Assembly (NCBI RefSeq): GCF_009914755.1
Contig: NC_060936.1
DNA: 64,000 bases
Strand: one strand, 5' to 3'
Source: the human T2T-CHM13v2.0 reference genome, Homo sapiens
Positions 43,540-58,689 of this stretch are shown here, one piece after another. Position 1 is the first letter of the stretch; every line of letters starts with the position of its first letter. The position numbers and the translations under genes are program-made. The notes under the pieces were generated by a model, which ran no database searches, was not told the origin of the DNA, and saw nothing but the letters and a program-made list of their open reading frames with translations.

Positions 43540-44385
43540 AGCACTTAGTACAAATCAAGCACTGGCTATATTTTATCTCATTCCATCCTTATATCAACTC
43601 TGTGTTGAGATGTTATCATCAGGTTATAGGTGTGAAAAATGAAGCACAGAGAAATTAAGTAAACTGCCCAAAGTCTAGCACTTGAAGTAGTGAAGACAGA
43701 ATTCAAATCCTCACCATGTGTCTTCAGAATCTATTCTTTCAATCACCATGCTATCTGTTTTCCTAATAAGTCAATGGTTGATGTATTTTCTCTAAATGAC
43801 CAGCCTGGGGTAGTGAAATAACTGCTAATTTGGTTTGAATTCTGGTTTCTTTACTTATTAGCTGAACTTTCAGCAAAATTATTTTACCACTGTAACCCTT
43901 CTTTTTTTTTTACCTCTAAATTGAAAAGAGTATAACCTTCCTTGATATAGTTATGAGAGTTAAATAGTACAATAAATATAAAATTATTACTATTGTACTT
44001 GGAACATAATAATCCTTTGATGAATATCAATTTTGCACTGTAAAATACCTGTCATTAGCATTATGAGGGCAACGACCACACCGAGTTTATCCTCATAAGT
44101 GAAGTGATAGTGTTATTAGCTCTCTACTATATACATAACCCTCATCATGTGGCAGGTGCTGTTCTAACTCTTTTACTTACATGAATTCATTCAATTCTCT
44201 GAACCACCTTCAATATACATTAGATTAGTGTTATTGCTATTCCTGTTTTGCAGGTGAAGAAACAAGGGCAAGAAAATCAGGTAACTTGCTCAAGGTCATT
44301 CGGAAACACACAGGCGGTGGAACCTGGATTTTAACCCAGGCACTCTGGCTCCAGAGTTTGTGATCTCAACCACTGTTCACTCTTA
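43540..44385. mobile_element. Cluster of three MIRs (-, +, -)
   Basis: MIR cores at about 43540-43760, 43800-44030 and 44110-44385. Confidence 0.7.
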
Positions 44386-44649
44386 ACATACTAAAGTTTC
44401 AATAAATATTTGTAGAAAGAATGTGTAATTCCTGAAATTCCACAATTATTATTCTTTTTGTTACCCTTAAGCTCTCTGATCCCTAAGAAATATGAACCCT
44501 AATGGTAGACCACTATAATTTCTTCACTTGAACTTTTAAGAATTTGTTTATTGGTCCTACAAGGTTAATAGGTTTTGATAAAAGAGAAAAAATTATAAAC
44601 AACAACAAAAATTGGTTAGAGAAAAGATTCACTTAAGGAGCTATGCTAA

Positions 44650-45077
44650 GCTGGGTGTGGTGGCTCATACCTGTAACCCAGCAATTCGGGAGGCTTGAGA
44701 GGCTGAAGCGGGAGGATTGCTTGAGTCCAGGATTTCAAGACCAGCCTGGGAGACATAGTGAGATCCCATCTTTACAAAATACTTAAAAATTAGGTGGTCA
44801 TAGTGGCTCATTCCTGTAGTCTCAGCTACTCGGGAGGCTGAGGTGAGAGGACTGCCTGAGCTAGGATGTCAAGGCTGCAGTGAGCTGAGATTGTACCACT
44901 GCACTACAGCCTGGGCAACAGAGTGAGGCCCTGTTTCAGAAGCAGAAGAAGAAAGAAAGAGAAAGTGAAGGGGAAGGAGGAGGAGGTGGGGGAGGGAGAT
45001 GGAGAGAGAGAGGGAGAGGGAGAAAAAGGAGAGAGAGAAGAAAGAGAAGAAGAAGAAGGAGAAGGAGAAGGAGAAGA
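44650..45077 (+). mobile_element. AluJ with tail converted to a GA-rich tract
   Basis: TSD AGCTATGCTAA (44639-44649 / 45078-45088) encloses the purine tract. Confidence 0.9.
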
Positions 45078-46151
45078 AGCTATGCTAAACATGAGACTCC
45101 AAATTAAGTTTCCAATTTTATCAGCCCCTGAAAATCTAATACTTACTATTAGGGCTGAGATATAATCATCTTAATTTAAAAAATCATTTTTTCTAGGATT
45201 GGAAGAAAAGGTCACAATGATATTTCTTTCTAGAACATTTATAAAGGTTTTCAACTAATGGATAAAATAAAATTCAGAGCAAAATAATTCAATTGCAATT
45301 TATCTTTTGGTTTGGATTGCCTCAAAAATGCATAAAACAACAATAGTTTAAAAAAAACCTTATGTGCAACTCAGAAAAAGATAATTCTCTTTGATAAAAA
45401 AAATTTTTGAATACTTTATTTAGGTTGCCTTTCAATCTACTCTCAGTTTAGAATTTGTTTGTATATCATCATTTAAGTAGGTCTTCTGAAAACTGTTAGA
45501 GATACAAATACTAATAATTTGTATCTTAATAATAAAAGCATATTGTTTAATCTATTATAGATTTTGAGGGTTCATAGAAAAGTATAAGTCTAAAACAAAC
45601 TTCTAAATACGTTAGATGATTTTTAAGAGATATAACTTTCCTAGTTAGGTTTATTTTTTGACCTTTATTGATGCCACCATGAAATAATCCCCTGCAATAA
45701 GTTTGCCACTATGTTTTCTCACATTTACTGTGTTGGGAAACCATGAACCTGACAAATGGGAAACAGGTTTAACTATATCATCCTCTCCAGTGGTAAGAAT
45801 TCCTTTCAGACTTGAGAAATGGCCTAATTGGCCAAAATCACATAACTAAGAATTTCTGAAGCTAGTTAGCTATTGTACCAAAGGTCACCTCAATCCGATG
45901 CTTGTGATATTAACCACTACACATGCAACCAAGTATCAGACTATCCAAAAGGTATTTTGTGGAAAAGGGAAGGACTTGAAGACTATCAAGCCTTGACATA
46001 CTAATCCCTTGGAGGCAGGCACACATCAGTTTTGATGCTAAAATTCTTCAGGGCATAGTATGAAGTGCTCATTCTTTAGTTCTAATCTTGCAATCTTGAT
46101 TGAAGGATAACCACTATGGACTTGTTTGAGAGTTAACAATTAGAAACCAAC

Positions 46152-46514
46152 TGATATGGTTTGGCTGTATCCCCACCCAAATCTTGAATTGTAGCTCCCA
46201 TAATTCCCACATGTCGTGGGAGGGACCTGGTGGGAGGTAACTGGATCATGAGGGCAGGTCTTTCCCATGCTTTCTTGTGATGGTGAATAAGTCTCATGAG
46301 ATCTGATGGCTTTATAAAGGGGAGTTTCCCTGCACATGCTCTCTCTCTTGCCTGCCACCAGGTAAGATGTGACTTTGCTCCTCCTTTGCCTTCTCCCATG
46401 ATTGTGAGGACTCCCAAGGCACATGGAATTGTGAGCCCATTAAACCTATTTTTCTTTATAAATTACCCAGTCTCTGGTATGTCTTTATTGGTAGTGTGAG
46501 AACAGACGAATACA
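46152..46514 (+). mobile_element. THE1B-like MaLR solo LTR
   Basis: TGATATGGTTTGGCTGT...GAACAGACGAATACA. Confidence 0.93.
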
Positions 46515-46599
46515 CCAGGATACGACCAATGTTAAGCTTAAACATTCTCAAGTGGGAAATTCAGAAGTCATTTAGGAAGACAATAAACTATATATTGGT

Positions 46600-46935
46600 A
46601 AGATTACAAACTCTGGAGTCAGGCAGCCTGGGATGAGTCCTGCCTCTGTTTTTATTTAACTCCTTCTTAAATTTCCTTCTCATTAAAAGACTGTTGTAAA
46701 AATTAAATTCAGTAATGTAAAGTGTTTAGTGCAGTGCCTAGCAAAAAATAATCTCCTCTCCAAATCTCCCATTTTTCAGCTGTTTGACATTGGGCAATTA
46801 ACTTACTTCTATGTGCCTTAATTTTAATTATTATATAAAAACAGGAAAAATAATACAAATTTTGAGGAGTTGTTAACAGAATTAGAAAAACTCATGTAAA
46901 ATTTCTGACATTTAGAATTAATTAATGGTAATTGT
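46600..46935 (+). mobile_element. Two MIR fragments
   Basis: CTCTGGAGTCAGGCAGCCTGGG; GCTGTTTGACATTGGGCAATTAACTT. Confidence 0.6.
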
Positions 46936-46969
46936 GATTAATATTAAGTAAATCTCAATTCTGTAACAT

Positions 46970-47296
46970 ATTATTAAATTAAACTAAATTTGGCTTAAGG
47001 TTGCCCTCTGTACCTTCAACCCCTTTCTAATGAACTACAACCTATGTTAGTAGGTAGACAAACTAAAAGCCTAATTTAGTAGTACAGTATATTTTTGGTA
47101 ACTTCTTTATCTCAGCCAACGACAGCAGCTGAGTGTCAGCCAATCATAGGCTGGTAAGTGATCAGATCATGCCCCAATAAGGCAAATGCAGAACCGTAAC
47201 CAATGAAGCTGATTCTGTACCTGCTTTGCGATTTCTGTCTATAAATGCAGCCTGCCTACATTGCTGAGTGGTGATCTCTGAACCTCTTCTGGTTCC
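46970..47296 (+). mobile_element. MER57-like ERV1 LTR, 3' truncated
   Basis: CAGCCAATCATAGGC, ATAAGGCAAATGC, GTAACCAAT, CTATAAAT, CTCTGAACCTCTTCTGGTTC. Confidence 0.7.
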
Positions 47297-47716
47297 TGTA
47301 AAAGTATTTTCAAATTTTCACATTTTAGAAGAGGCAAACACCCTTCTTCTGGGTTCTGAGCTAGGCAAGCAGAACCCTTAATTATTTGAAAAGCAATTTT
47401 TATATTTCTGTATTCTGGATGTTCCTTTTGACCCTTTCAAATTCTTTTTCTTGTTTTTTGTCCCTTTGATCTTTGGTCAATAGTACAATGATTTGCATCT
47501 TTGTCCCAGTAAAGGAGGATTTCTTGAAGTCCCTCTTGTCTTCTGTTGGTTTTCCTTTTACTAAATACAATGCCATCTGTCAATAAACACCATCTAAGCA
47601 TGAGAAACTATTTTTAAAAGCTTGCTATTCTATTGTAGATTACAGAAAAAATATTTAAAAATTGACAAAGGTAAAAGCCTACATATGTTCCCCCCAAATT
47701 TAAGCAAACAAAAAAT

Positions 47717-48035
47717 GTAGGCTGCTCTCTCTAACTTCAGGTTCTACATTCATGGATTCAGCCAACTGAGGACCTAAAATATTTGGGAAAAAAACCATAA
47801 AAATAGCAACAATCAAATACACATAAACAATACAATGAACAACTATATATATAGCATTTATATTATACAAAGTATTATAAGTAATCTACAGATGATTTAA
47901 AGTATATGGAAGGATGTGCATAAGTTATATGCAAATATAACACCATTTTATATCAGAATTTGAATTTCATATAAGAATTTTGGTGTCCTCTTGGGTGGGG
48001 AATAAATTTCCCACAGATGCTGCATGATGACTGTA
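47717..48035. mobile_element. MER2-type DNA transposon
   Basis: CATGGATTCAGCCAAC; GTAATCTACAGATGATTTAAAGTATATGGAAGGATGTGCATAAG. Confidence 0.8.
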
Positions 48036-48039
48036 GATG

Positions 48040-48405
48040 CAAACAGCAAGCTGGTATGGTTTCATATTCAATCCCAAAGTCATCATAAGATGACCACAGC
48101 AGATCCTTTCTGTTTATCCCACAAGAGTGTTTCCTATGCGAAAAAGTTCTTACATCCACTTGGGTTGCGGATTTTTTGATTGGTTTGATTTGCATGCTCA
48201 TCCATGAACCTGTGCTAGAAGAGGATGGACCTTGCTCATTGGTTTAGGCCTAGGTTACAACTCCATTTCTTAGCTACACAATGGGACCCATCAAACCACC
48301 TGGTCAGAGAATACGAAAGAGTTGGATCCCTAAACTAACATCAGGGGTGATGGACAGAATGAGGAATAAGGACCTCAGGATAGTCAACAATCAATGTTTG
48401 TCACT
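48040..48405 (-). mobile_element. Old MLT1-like LTR fragment
   Basis: GATTGG...CATGCTCATCCATGAACC; CTCATTGGTTTAGGCCTAGG. Confidence 0.45.
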
Positions 48406-48479
48406 AAACATTCATACTACTTCACAAAATTAGTTCAAGCTTCTCTCCATGACTAGCTGGCACAGTTACCATCACAGCC

Positions 48480-49150
<671 letters not shown>

Positions 49151-49199
49151 CAGCCCCTGATAGGCAATAGACATCCAAGCAGTGCACCTACAGGCTTTG

Positions 49200-49777
49200 T
49201 TCTCAACGTAGCAGGCAAAGTGATCTTGTAAGTAGGCTTTGTCAATCTTAGTGTCCTTCTAGCTCATGCTAAGTAATAACCAAATGTATGACAGTGACCA
49301 AAGGGCCCTTCAGAGCTTGGTCTCCCCATTACCTCTCTGTCCTTATCACCTACTACCTCTTTATCACAATCTCTGCTCCAACCATGCTGGCCTCCCCATG
49401 GATCCTCCACAGCTGTGTGTGTCCCTCTGCCTGAAGCACTCCCTCCTCAGACAGGCATTAGTTCCCTCAGGTCATTTCCTGAAGTACTTCCCTTCTCTTC
49501 CCTCAGGAAATTACTTAAATTCACCTCAGGCAATCCTTCCCTGTCTCACTTGTATCCACCCCCTTCCCAAGATATCCCATTCCTTCTTCTCTGTTTGATT
49601 TTTTTCACAGCATTTATCATCATCTAAAATACCTACATTAATTTTTTTTCTCTTTTTTCTCATCACTAGAATATAAGTGATATGAAGTCAGAGGTTTTGG
49701 ATTGTTTTTCTTCATGACTGTATCCCCAGAACTGTAACAGTGGGTGCTCAATAAATAACATGAAAAGAATGAATGAT
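49200..49777 (+). mobile_element. L2 3' region
   Basis: Ends GGGTGCTCAATAAATAACATGAAAAGAATGAATGA. Confidence 0.75.
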
Positions 49778-49779
49778 AG

Positions 49780-50060
49780 GGCCAGTGGAGTGGAGGCTGT
49801 AATCCCACTACTTTGGGAGGCTGAGGCAGGCAGATTGCTTGAGGCCAGGAATTTGAGAGCAGCCTGGGTAACACAGTGAAACCCCATCTCTATCAAAAAA
49901 TACAAAAATTAGCTGGGCGTTATGGCACACACCTGTAGTCCCAGCTACTCAAGAGGCCGAAATGGGAAGATAGTTTGAGCCCAGGAGGTCGAGACTGCAA
50001 TGAGCCGAGATGGTGCCACTGCACTCCAGCCTGGGCAACAGAGCTAGACCCTGTCTCAAA
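49780..50060 (+). mobile_element. AluJ
   Basis: GATTGCTTGAGGCCAGG; GGTCGAGACTGCAATGAGC. Confidence 0.9.
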
Positions 50061-50475
50061 AGAAAGAAAAGAAATGAAAAGAAAAGAAAATAGAGAAAAG
50101 GAAAGGAAAGGAAAAAAGAAAGAGAAAGAAAGAAAGAAGAAAGAAAAAGAAAGAAGGAAAGAAAGAAGAAAGAGAAGGAAGGAAAGAAAGAGGAAAGAGA
50201 AAGAAAGAAGGAAAGAAGAAGAAAAGGAAAGAAAGAAGGAAAGAAAGAAAGAAAGGAAAGAAAGAAAGAAAAAAGAAAGAAGAGGAAGAAAGAAGGAAAG
50301 AAAGAGAAAGAGAGAAGAAGAGGAAGACAGAGAGAGAAGAAGGGAATGAGGAATAAGGGAAGGGAAGGGAATGAGGAATAATGGGAGGGGAGGGGAGGGG
50401 AGGAAGAAGGGAGGCAGGGAGGGAGGAAGGAAGGAAGGAAGGAAGGAAGGAAGGAAGGAAGGAAGGAAGGAAGGA
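50058..50475. repeat. About 415-bp polypurine tract (GAAA/GAAG units) ending in (GGAA)12
   Basis: Direct reading; 12 consecutive GGAA at 50425-50472. Confidence 0.97.
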
Positions 50476-51119
50476 CGGACCACTTCTCTTATCCATCCTC
50501 CAGGCCTTAGGTGGGCAAGTCTCCCTAGTCCTCCATACTCCAGGAAAGGTGACATGCACCTGCTCTATATTCCGGTAGCTCTTTCTCCATCACTCTGGGC
50601 TTCATCACGTAGGTGCTATTAACCTCACTCTTATTTCCCCAATGCCCAGCACAGAGGATACACTCAGTAAAAAAGTAAATAAAGTTGAGTGAATAATGAA
50701 TGTCTACAGTATGGCATTAACAGTGAATTCTCAGAAAGATTTCAGGAAATCTTACGTTGTATCAAATTGTCAGTTATCCCAGAGAAAAATAGGTTAACAT
50801 AAAATGAAACTTTTTATGTCAGTTTTGCGGGGCTACCATATCATCCCACTCATGAGAAGTTAACTGTATACCCTGATGATCCCCTGTCCTAAACCAAACC
50901 ATATCCTCAAACTTTCTTCAGTCATTTGAGTTTTCTATTTTCCTTTCAATGCCCATGACCCAACACACTCACACACCCTACCTGACACAGTTTGTCATCG
51001 AATGCAGCATATTAAAGTAATATATTCATTCACATGAGCATACAGGCATGAATTATGAGACTTCTGAGACTGTTCTGCTCACAAAGTTTTCTATGGGGTG
51101 GAATAAGAGGCAGAAGTTT

Positions 51120-51375
51120 GAGCTAACCCAGGAGTGGGTGGGAGGGAGGAGCCCAGAGGTGATGCAGCTCCTGGGGCCCCACTCTGGCCCCAGCACACCT
51201 GGCTGTTCTGCCAGTGTGACTCACTATGAAGCCCCCTCAGAAGACTTGGCTGACATTACTTCCTTCCCCAGTCAGACTTGGCTCCACAACTGGAACAGGC
51301 CACAGCTTGCGAAAGAGCCCATGAGTCAATTCAACAGAGATGAGCTGGGGAAGAGAGAGGAAATAAGGTAAGAAG
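51120..51375. promoter_or_regulatory. Candidate AP-1 enhancer
   Basis: GC-rich unique patch with TGACTCA (51217-51223) and TGAGTCA (51322-51328). Confidence 0.4.
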
Positions 51376-51889
51376 TAAAACCTTCTGTTAAAACATTCCT
51401 CATAAACGTCATCCCTTATACTCATCCGTTAGCTTATATGGAAGTCTTGTGAATGGTTTGAAATTCTAAAAATGGTTTTCTGTTCTAGCTACTCTTCTAT
51501 ACCCAATGTATGATCCAGAATAATTTTAAAATTCTAACAATTATGAATCTAAAGATGTTAGAATAACAAAACTTCCAAAAAAGGGAGTTCAAAATAATCT
51601 GAAACGATTGGTCTTATCTGCCAAAACTATTATATATGAGTGGTTTGAATATATTTTGTTTGATTGATATTTGACTTAAGTTTTTAATGGGAAAAAATAT
51701 ATTTATAAATGTCAAATGAATTGGGACAAAGGCCAGACACAAATGGAATTAAACTGAGGAACAAGTAGGTAGTGCAGGACAGCAGACTCCAATACTGAAT
51801 TTTAGGCCTTTTAGGTAATACTGATTTTAAAAAATTCCAATACTACCATACATCAAGTATTGTGAAACTCCCTGATTTTCACAGATATT

Positions 51890-52140
51890 AGTAATAATAC
51901 AACTAATAGTGAGTACGTACTATACACCAAGCCAGATATTCTATGTTGTTGTAGATAACTCATTGAATCCTCATGACAACTCTATCATGTAGACATTATC
52001 ATTATTCCCATTTATACAGCTGAGCAGACTGAGACATAGAGAATTTAAAAGGCTGTCGGTAGTCATGCAGTTAACAACCTGCAGAACCAGGATTTAAACT
52101 CATGGTGCCTGGCTCCACATCATTAGCCATCAACTGTAAT
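51890..52140 (-). mobile_element. MIR SINE
   Basis: AATCCTCATGACAAC...CCCATTTATACAGCTGAGCAGACTGAG. Confidence 0.8.
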
Positions 52141-52822
52141 TCTTCTCGGTGACTAAAAGTCATTCTTAGCAATCACTGAGTTCTTCTAGCCTGCAGACTA
52201 AGTCATTCTTGGATTGATAGTAGAGGATACTGCTTAAACACTCAAGGTATATCCTCCACTTGCTGGAAGGAGCTGAAACCCAATAGATTTCTGCCAACTG
52301 GAAGTTATGTTGGACCAACTATGTTTTCTTCCCCAATTCCCATTCTCTATTAACTTTTCACCTTTAAGTGGTTCTTGGTCTTGGCTCTTACTCATACTAC
52401 TTACTGTAACTTTTATTCTATTTGGCCCTGGATTCTCCTGTCATCTCAGAAAAATGACTTTGCTTCACACTTCCAACATGGCTTACCTCTCAGAATAGGT
52501 TAAGGATTTGCTTTCGTGGTAGAAACCTACGATTGACCCTGATTTTTATTTCACTCTGTTCTGCAACTGGAATACGACAATTGCTAATATTTACATTGAT
52601 TCTGGAAGACTAGAGTCAATTTAAATATTGACAATTCCATAAACCAGTACACTATATACAACAGTGTATAATGTCTTGAAAACACATTTTTAAACTTTTA
52701 TTTTAGGTTCAAGGGGTATATGTCCAGGTTTGTTATACAGGTAAATTACATGTTAGGGGAATTTGGTGTACAGATTATTTCATTACCCAGGTAATAAGCA
52801 TAGTACCTGATAGGCAGTTTTG

Positions 52823-53118
52823 CTTTTTTTACTCTTTTTTTTTTTTGAGACCACTCTGTCACTCAGGCTGTACAGTGGTGTGATCTCAGCTCACTGCAAC
52901 CTCCACCCCTGGGTTCAAACGAGTCTCCCGCCTCAGCCTCCCGAGTAGCTGGGATTACAGGCATGCACCACCGTGCCTGGCTAATTTTTGTATTTTTAGT
53001 AGAGATGGGGTTTCACTGTGTTGGCCAGGTTAGTGGGGAACTCCTGACCTCAGGTGATCTGCCCACCTTGGCCTCCCAAAGTGCTGGGATTATAGGCGTG
53101 AGCCACCGCGCCCAGCCC
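52823..53118 (-). mobile_element. AluSx/Sz inside L1
   Basis: Antisense Alu; degenerate TSD GATAGGCAGTTTT / GATAAGTAGTTTT. Confidence 0.93.
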
Positions 53119-53612
53119 TCGATAAGTAGTTTTTTGATTATTGCCCTCCTCCCACCCTCCGCCTTCAAGTAGGTCCCAGTCTATTGTTCCTTTCTTCGTG
53201 TCCATGTATACTCAATGTTTAGCTCTCGCTTATAAGTGAGAATATGTGGTATTTGGTTTCTTGTTCCCGCATTAGTTCACTTAGGATAATACCTCCAGCA
53301 ACACCAATATTGCTGAAAAGGACATAACCTCATTCCTGTTTTGTGGCTGCATACTATTCCTTGGTATATATGTACCACGTTTTCTTTATCCAGTGTACCA
53401 TTGATGGGCATTAGGTTGATTCCATGTAATTGCTATTGTAAACAGTGCTGCAGTGAATATATGTGTGCATGTGCCTTTATGGTAGAACAATTTATATTCC
53501 TTTGGGTATACACTCAATAATGGGATTTCTGGGTCTAATGGTAGTTCTGTTTTAGTGCTTTGAGAAATCATCAAACTGCTTTTCACAGTGGCTGAACTAA
53601 TTTACATTCTCA

Positions 53613-53930
<318 letters not shown>

Positions 53931-54669
53931 ATAAGCATTCCCTTTTCTCCCCAACCTCACCAGCATCTGTTTTTCTAATAACAGTCATTCTGACTGGTGT
54001 CAGATAATATTTCATTGTGGTTTTCATTTGCATTTCTCCAGTGATTAGTGTTGTTGAGCACTTTTTCATATGCTTATTGGCCACATATGTCTTCTTTTGA
54101 AAAGTGTCTACTCATGTCCTTTGCCCACTTTTTAATGGGATTGTTTGTTTTTTGTTGAAGACACATTTTTCCCCCCATGGGCCATGACCAAGATTGCTTA
54201 CCTTTAAGAACATTCCAAGTAAAAAGACCTTATAACATCTCAAAATGACTGCATGCATCCTTAGGCTCTTCTCAAATCTTCTGTAAAAGTTACAATTCTG
54301 CACCAGATATTTGCAACACACAACTTGGCATGCTACTCTTGGCTTTTTAAGCTTAGTTGACTTGTAAGCTAGAGACTTACTCAGATGCTGCTACCATACA
54401 TCATCCTAAAGCAGCAGAGAATGTTAGAGAAGATTAGGTAGCCATCGCTGCAAGCCTTCTTTATATCCTGGCTCCAATTTCATGAGCAGCAGCACCATGA
54501 GCTACCAAATGGGGAGGGGATATCCCACTCATTGGTTTCTATCTAGGCCTATCTGAAAACTTAAAAGAAAAATAATTTGCTTTTGAAATTAATTCTACAA
54601 TATTTATTAAGGATAAATTATGCACCAGGTAGTGTGGTGGGCTGTGAAGATTAAAATAACAATAATAAT

Positions 54670-54910
54670 AATAATGGTGAATTTTTTTACCTCTTTTCAT
54701 GCTAAGATCTATGCTAAGCACTAAAAATGTAATTCATCCCTTCAACAACATTATGAGATGAAGCCTGTTATTATCCCCATTATATAGATGAGAAAACTGA
54801 GGCACAGTAAAGTGATTTTTCTGAGATCAGATAGCTAATATAGAGAGGAGCTGGATCCTAATTCTGACTTTAGTCTGAATCCAGAGTTCTCACTTTAAAC
54901 CATTCCATGC
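54670..54910 (-). mobile_element. MIR SINE
   Basis: TTATCCCCATTATATAGATGAGAAAACTGAGGCACAG. Confidence 0.85.
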
Positions 54911-55579
54911 CCACATGTATTTATAGAATACATCAGATGTGCAAATAAATAATTTTAGTACTGTTTGTGTTTATTCTTCATCCACACATCTTTTAAGTCC
55001 CTCTTTGGTAGATACTCTTCAGCTCCATCAGTGTGGTTGGGTTTTGAGGGTTCTGCTATACACTGTGCAGAGTTCAGCCAAGCTCATGTGCCGCTTCATA
55101 CCAAACAGTATTAGAGGCATTCCTGCTAGGTCGTTACAAAGCAGCAAACTATTAGAAACATCTTGTCCATGACCATGGTACATAAACATTTTATTATAAC
55201 TTTTGATGTCTAGAAGCACAAAGTGAAAGAAACCATGGCTGTTATTTGTTGATTTACCACTGCAGATGCCGAAAGGGAGAGTCACCTGCTAGTTCCTCTC
55301 CCATTGGTGTTTCACCACAGAGTGTCATCTTGATGGTTTTAAGTTTCCCTGAGACAGATGACTACTGACTGCCAGGAAATACTGTCCTTCAGTGATAATG
55401 CTTTTATTCCTTTCAGTTCTTGGAGCTGTTGGTGAGAGAAATAAAGCCTAGATCATGGCCAGATAATGAAGAGCCTCATAGGCCATGCTAAAATGTCTAG
55501 ACTTTTAAATTTTACGTTACTCGTTCCAAATGCTCCAAGCCCTAACATGGTTTCTTCCCAAGGTCTACTTGCGCTAACT

Positions 55580-56670
55580 TTTAACAAAGGCTCTCTACTT
55601 CCAAAGGAGAGAAGTGGGCTCCTCTGAGTCCCCTTTTGTTTTTCACTAGGCCTGACCTTGGGCTCTGATCTTGGACTATTAAGTCTAGTTTCAGCAAGAA
55701 TCCTTCCATGCTGGTTTAGTGAAAATCTGCCATCTTGGTCTCTGATCAAATTCCTCTCCCTACTCTTGATATCTTATGGCCCTAGCCTGAAGGCCCTAGC
55801 CTTTAGCACAAACCCTTCAGGTCTACTTAGCCAGAAGCCACCTGGCCTTGTTGTTTCCTGTTAGTAATTTTCCACTCCCTGACTCCCATCCTGCTCCTTG
55901 GCTATAAGTCTCCACTTGTCCTTGGCATACTTGCAGTTGGACCTGTTATTTGCCCCAACTGCAAAACTCCCCTTGCAGTATTCCCTCTTGAATAAAGTCT
56001 TTGTTGAGGTTCAGAAAACAATACCCTAAAATGAAGGCCTCAGAAGCAAAAGTTTTTCTCTGACCTTCTCCTATCCTCCTGTCTCTCAGTCCCCCTCTCC
56101 CCGAAGGCCAGCCATAGAAACTAGAATCCCTCTTCCCCAGGGTGAGTTATGGAAGCCAGCATGCCTTTTCCCCAAAGCCACTAATACAACCTTAAAATAG
56201 TACTTTAATTTTCCCTCTGCCTTTCTGTGTAAAGACTGGCCATAAAGAAATGATCTGACCCATGCTGTTTTTACTGTAGGTCATAAGACCCTCATTTCAG
56301 AAAGTGTCCTGCCCCAAGCCCAGAGGAAGGAATGCTGCTCAGAGAGGCCAAGAAAAACCTAGACAGACAGGCCTTGCTGGGATTCCCATTCAGTCTGTTA
56401 GCATTCGATCATACCCTTTCCTCCAGTCGTATTTCTACATGGCTGTCCATATTTTGTTGAACCTAAACATAAAAATAGAAAATTCTCCCTGTATCTTTGG
56501 GTCTTCATTCTGAAGGCTGTTGTGTATACACATTGAATAAATATGTGTGCCTTTTCTTGAATTAATCTGCCTTTGACTAGTTGATTTTTCAGTGAATCTT
56601 CAGGGGACCCTTGGCACCTACATCTTCTTTACCACCTTTAATAACTGTTATGAATATTTTCTCTTCAGCA
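55580..56670 (+). mobile_element. MER31-like ERV1 LTR split by a MER39-like LTR
   Basis: CTAGGCCTGACCTTGGGC, CAGCAAGAATCC, CTGCTCCTTGGCTATAA, AATAAAGTCTT; resumes after 56622. Confidence 0.7.
56002..56622 (+). mobile_element. MER39-like ERV1 solo LTR
   Basis: TG...CA ends; 4-bp TSD TCTT (55998-56001 / 56623-56626). Confidence 0.85.
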
Positions 56671-56886
56671 CTTTTAATGCCTTTCTTCTGTGTCATTAAA
56701 AATATATTTTGGAATCAGCTCCATTTATAAGATTTTGGATGAATCACAACAGATAAGCTGTGTGTTTTCTCAGAAATTTAAACTTTATACCATTACTTTT
56801 TCAAGTGTTTATGAAAACCAAAAGAAATCGATTTTTTAAAATATTGAATTAAACCAGAAAAAGCTGCTTAGAACATTTTATGAATA

Positions 56887-57676
<790 letters not shown>

Positions 57677-58689
57677 AATATATGGCCTGAAACCTGTCAA
57701 GTCTGCCAGTAAAGTTTGCAAATGAACTCATAATGATTTTCAGTTTTCTTTGATAGTGAAGTAATACTCAACAGTGTACAAAAAAATCTGTCCGTACCTA
57801 GACTCAAAGTAAAGTAAAAGCTAAGCAGCTTTAATTGCAAAAACAAACAAGAAACAAGTGATCAGCAACTATCAGGGCCCAGATCAACTTGTAAGCTTAC
57901 TCTACTTTTCCTAAACATAATATGGTATTGAAGGAAAATAGTTTTAAAATCTTCAATTAAAAAGAAAAGTTTCACATATTAAAGATGTTGTTTTGAGAAG
58001 CGGTATTTCACTCCAGAAAGTGAGATTTATTATGATTATACAAAAAATAACATTTCCTGTCACTAGAGTGGATTTTCATGATTTTTCCAACTTTCTGAAA
58101 ATACATATTGTTAGGGCCTAACCAGATGAATCCAGGGACTGGATCAGACCAGTTGAATTGCTAACATTCCACCCTGCCGCGTTAATCTGATAATTCCAAT
58201 CCTTCATACAAGTGTTTTAAACCACATTTAAATTACTACCTGGGGGAGCATTTGTATCTGCTAATGACATAAACGGGATATGTTAGCTGAAATTCTAAAA
58301 GGCTTGCATAACTCAGATTGGCAAGTAGTTGACCAATCTGTTTGTTTTTAGACGTTAGGATCTTCTCCTTTTCTGCTTCCCCTCCTCTTCCTTTTTCTTC
58401 AAGGACTTCAAGGACAGGAACAAACTCATTCTATTTAGACCCTATCTAAAATCTACCTTTAATGCTCACATAAGTTGAACAGTTCCCTCTTGGAAGGGTG
58501 TTATTTTTCACCATAGGGAGCTCTGAGTAGATTTTCTCCAAAGAAATAGAGGCTGAAGCAGAATATTCCAAAATATTTTGATGTGCGAGTTGCTGAAATT
58601 ATGATTTAATTCTCCAAAATTATGAGAAAAATCAAGCATCAAACATAAAAAATAATGAAATAAACATTCTATTCATGTGCCTGCAGCCC

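Noticed and set aside
49920-50622. Longest ORFs (211, 167 and 124 aa)
   Set aside because: Translations of the GA-rich tract and an Alu; low complexity, stop-free by composition
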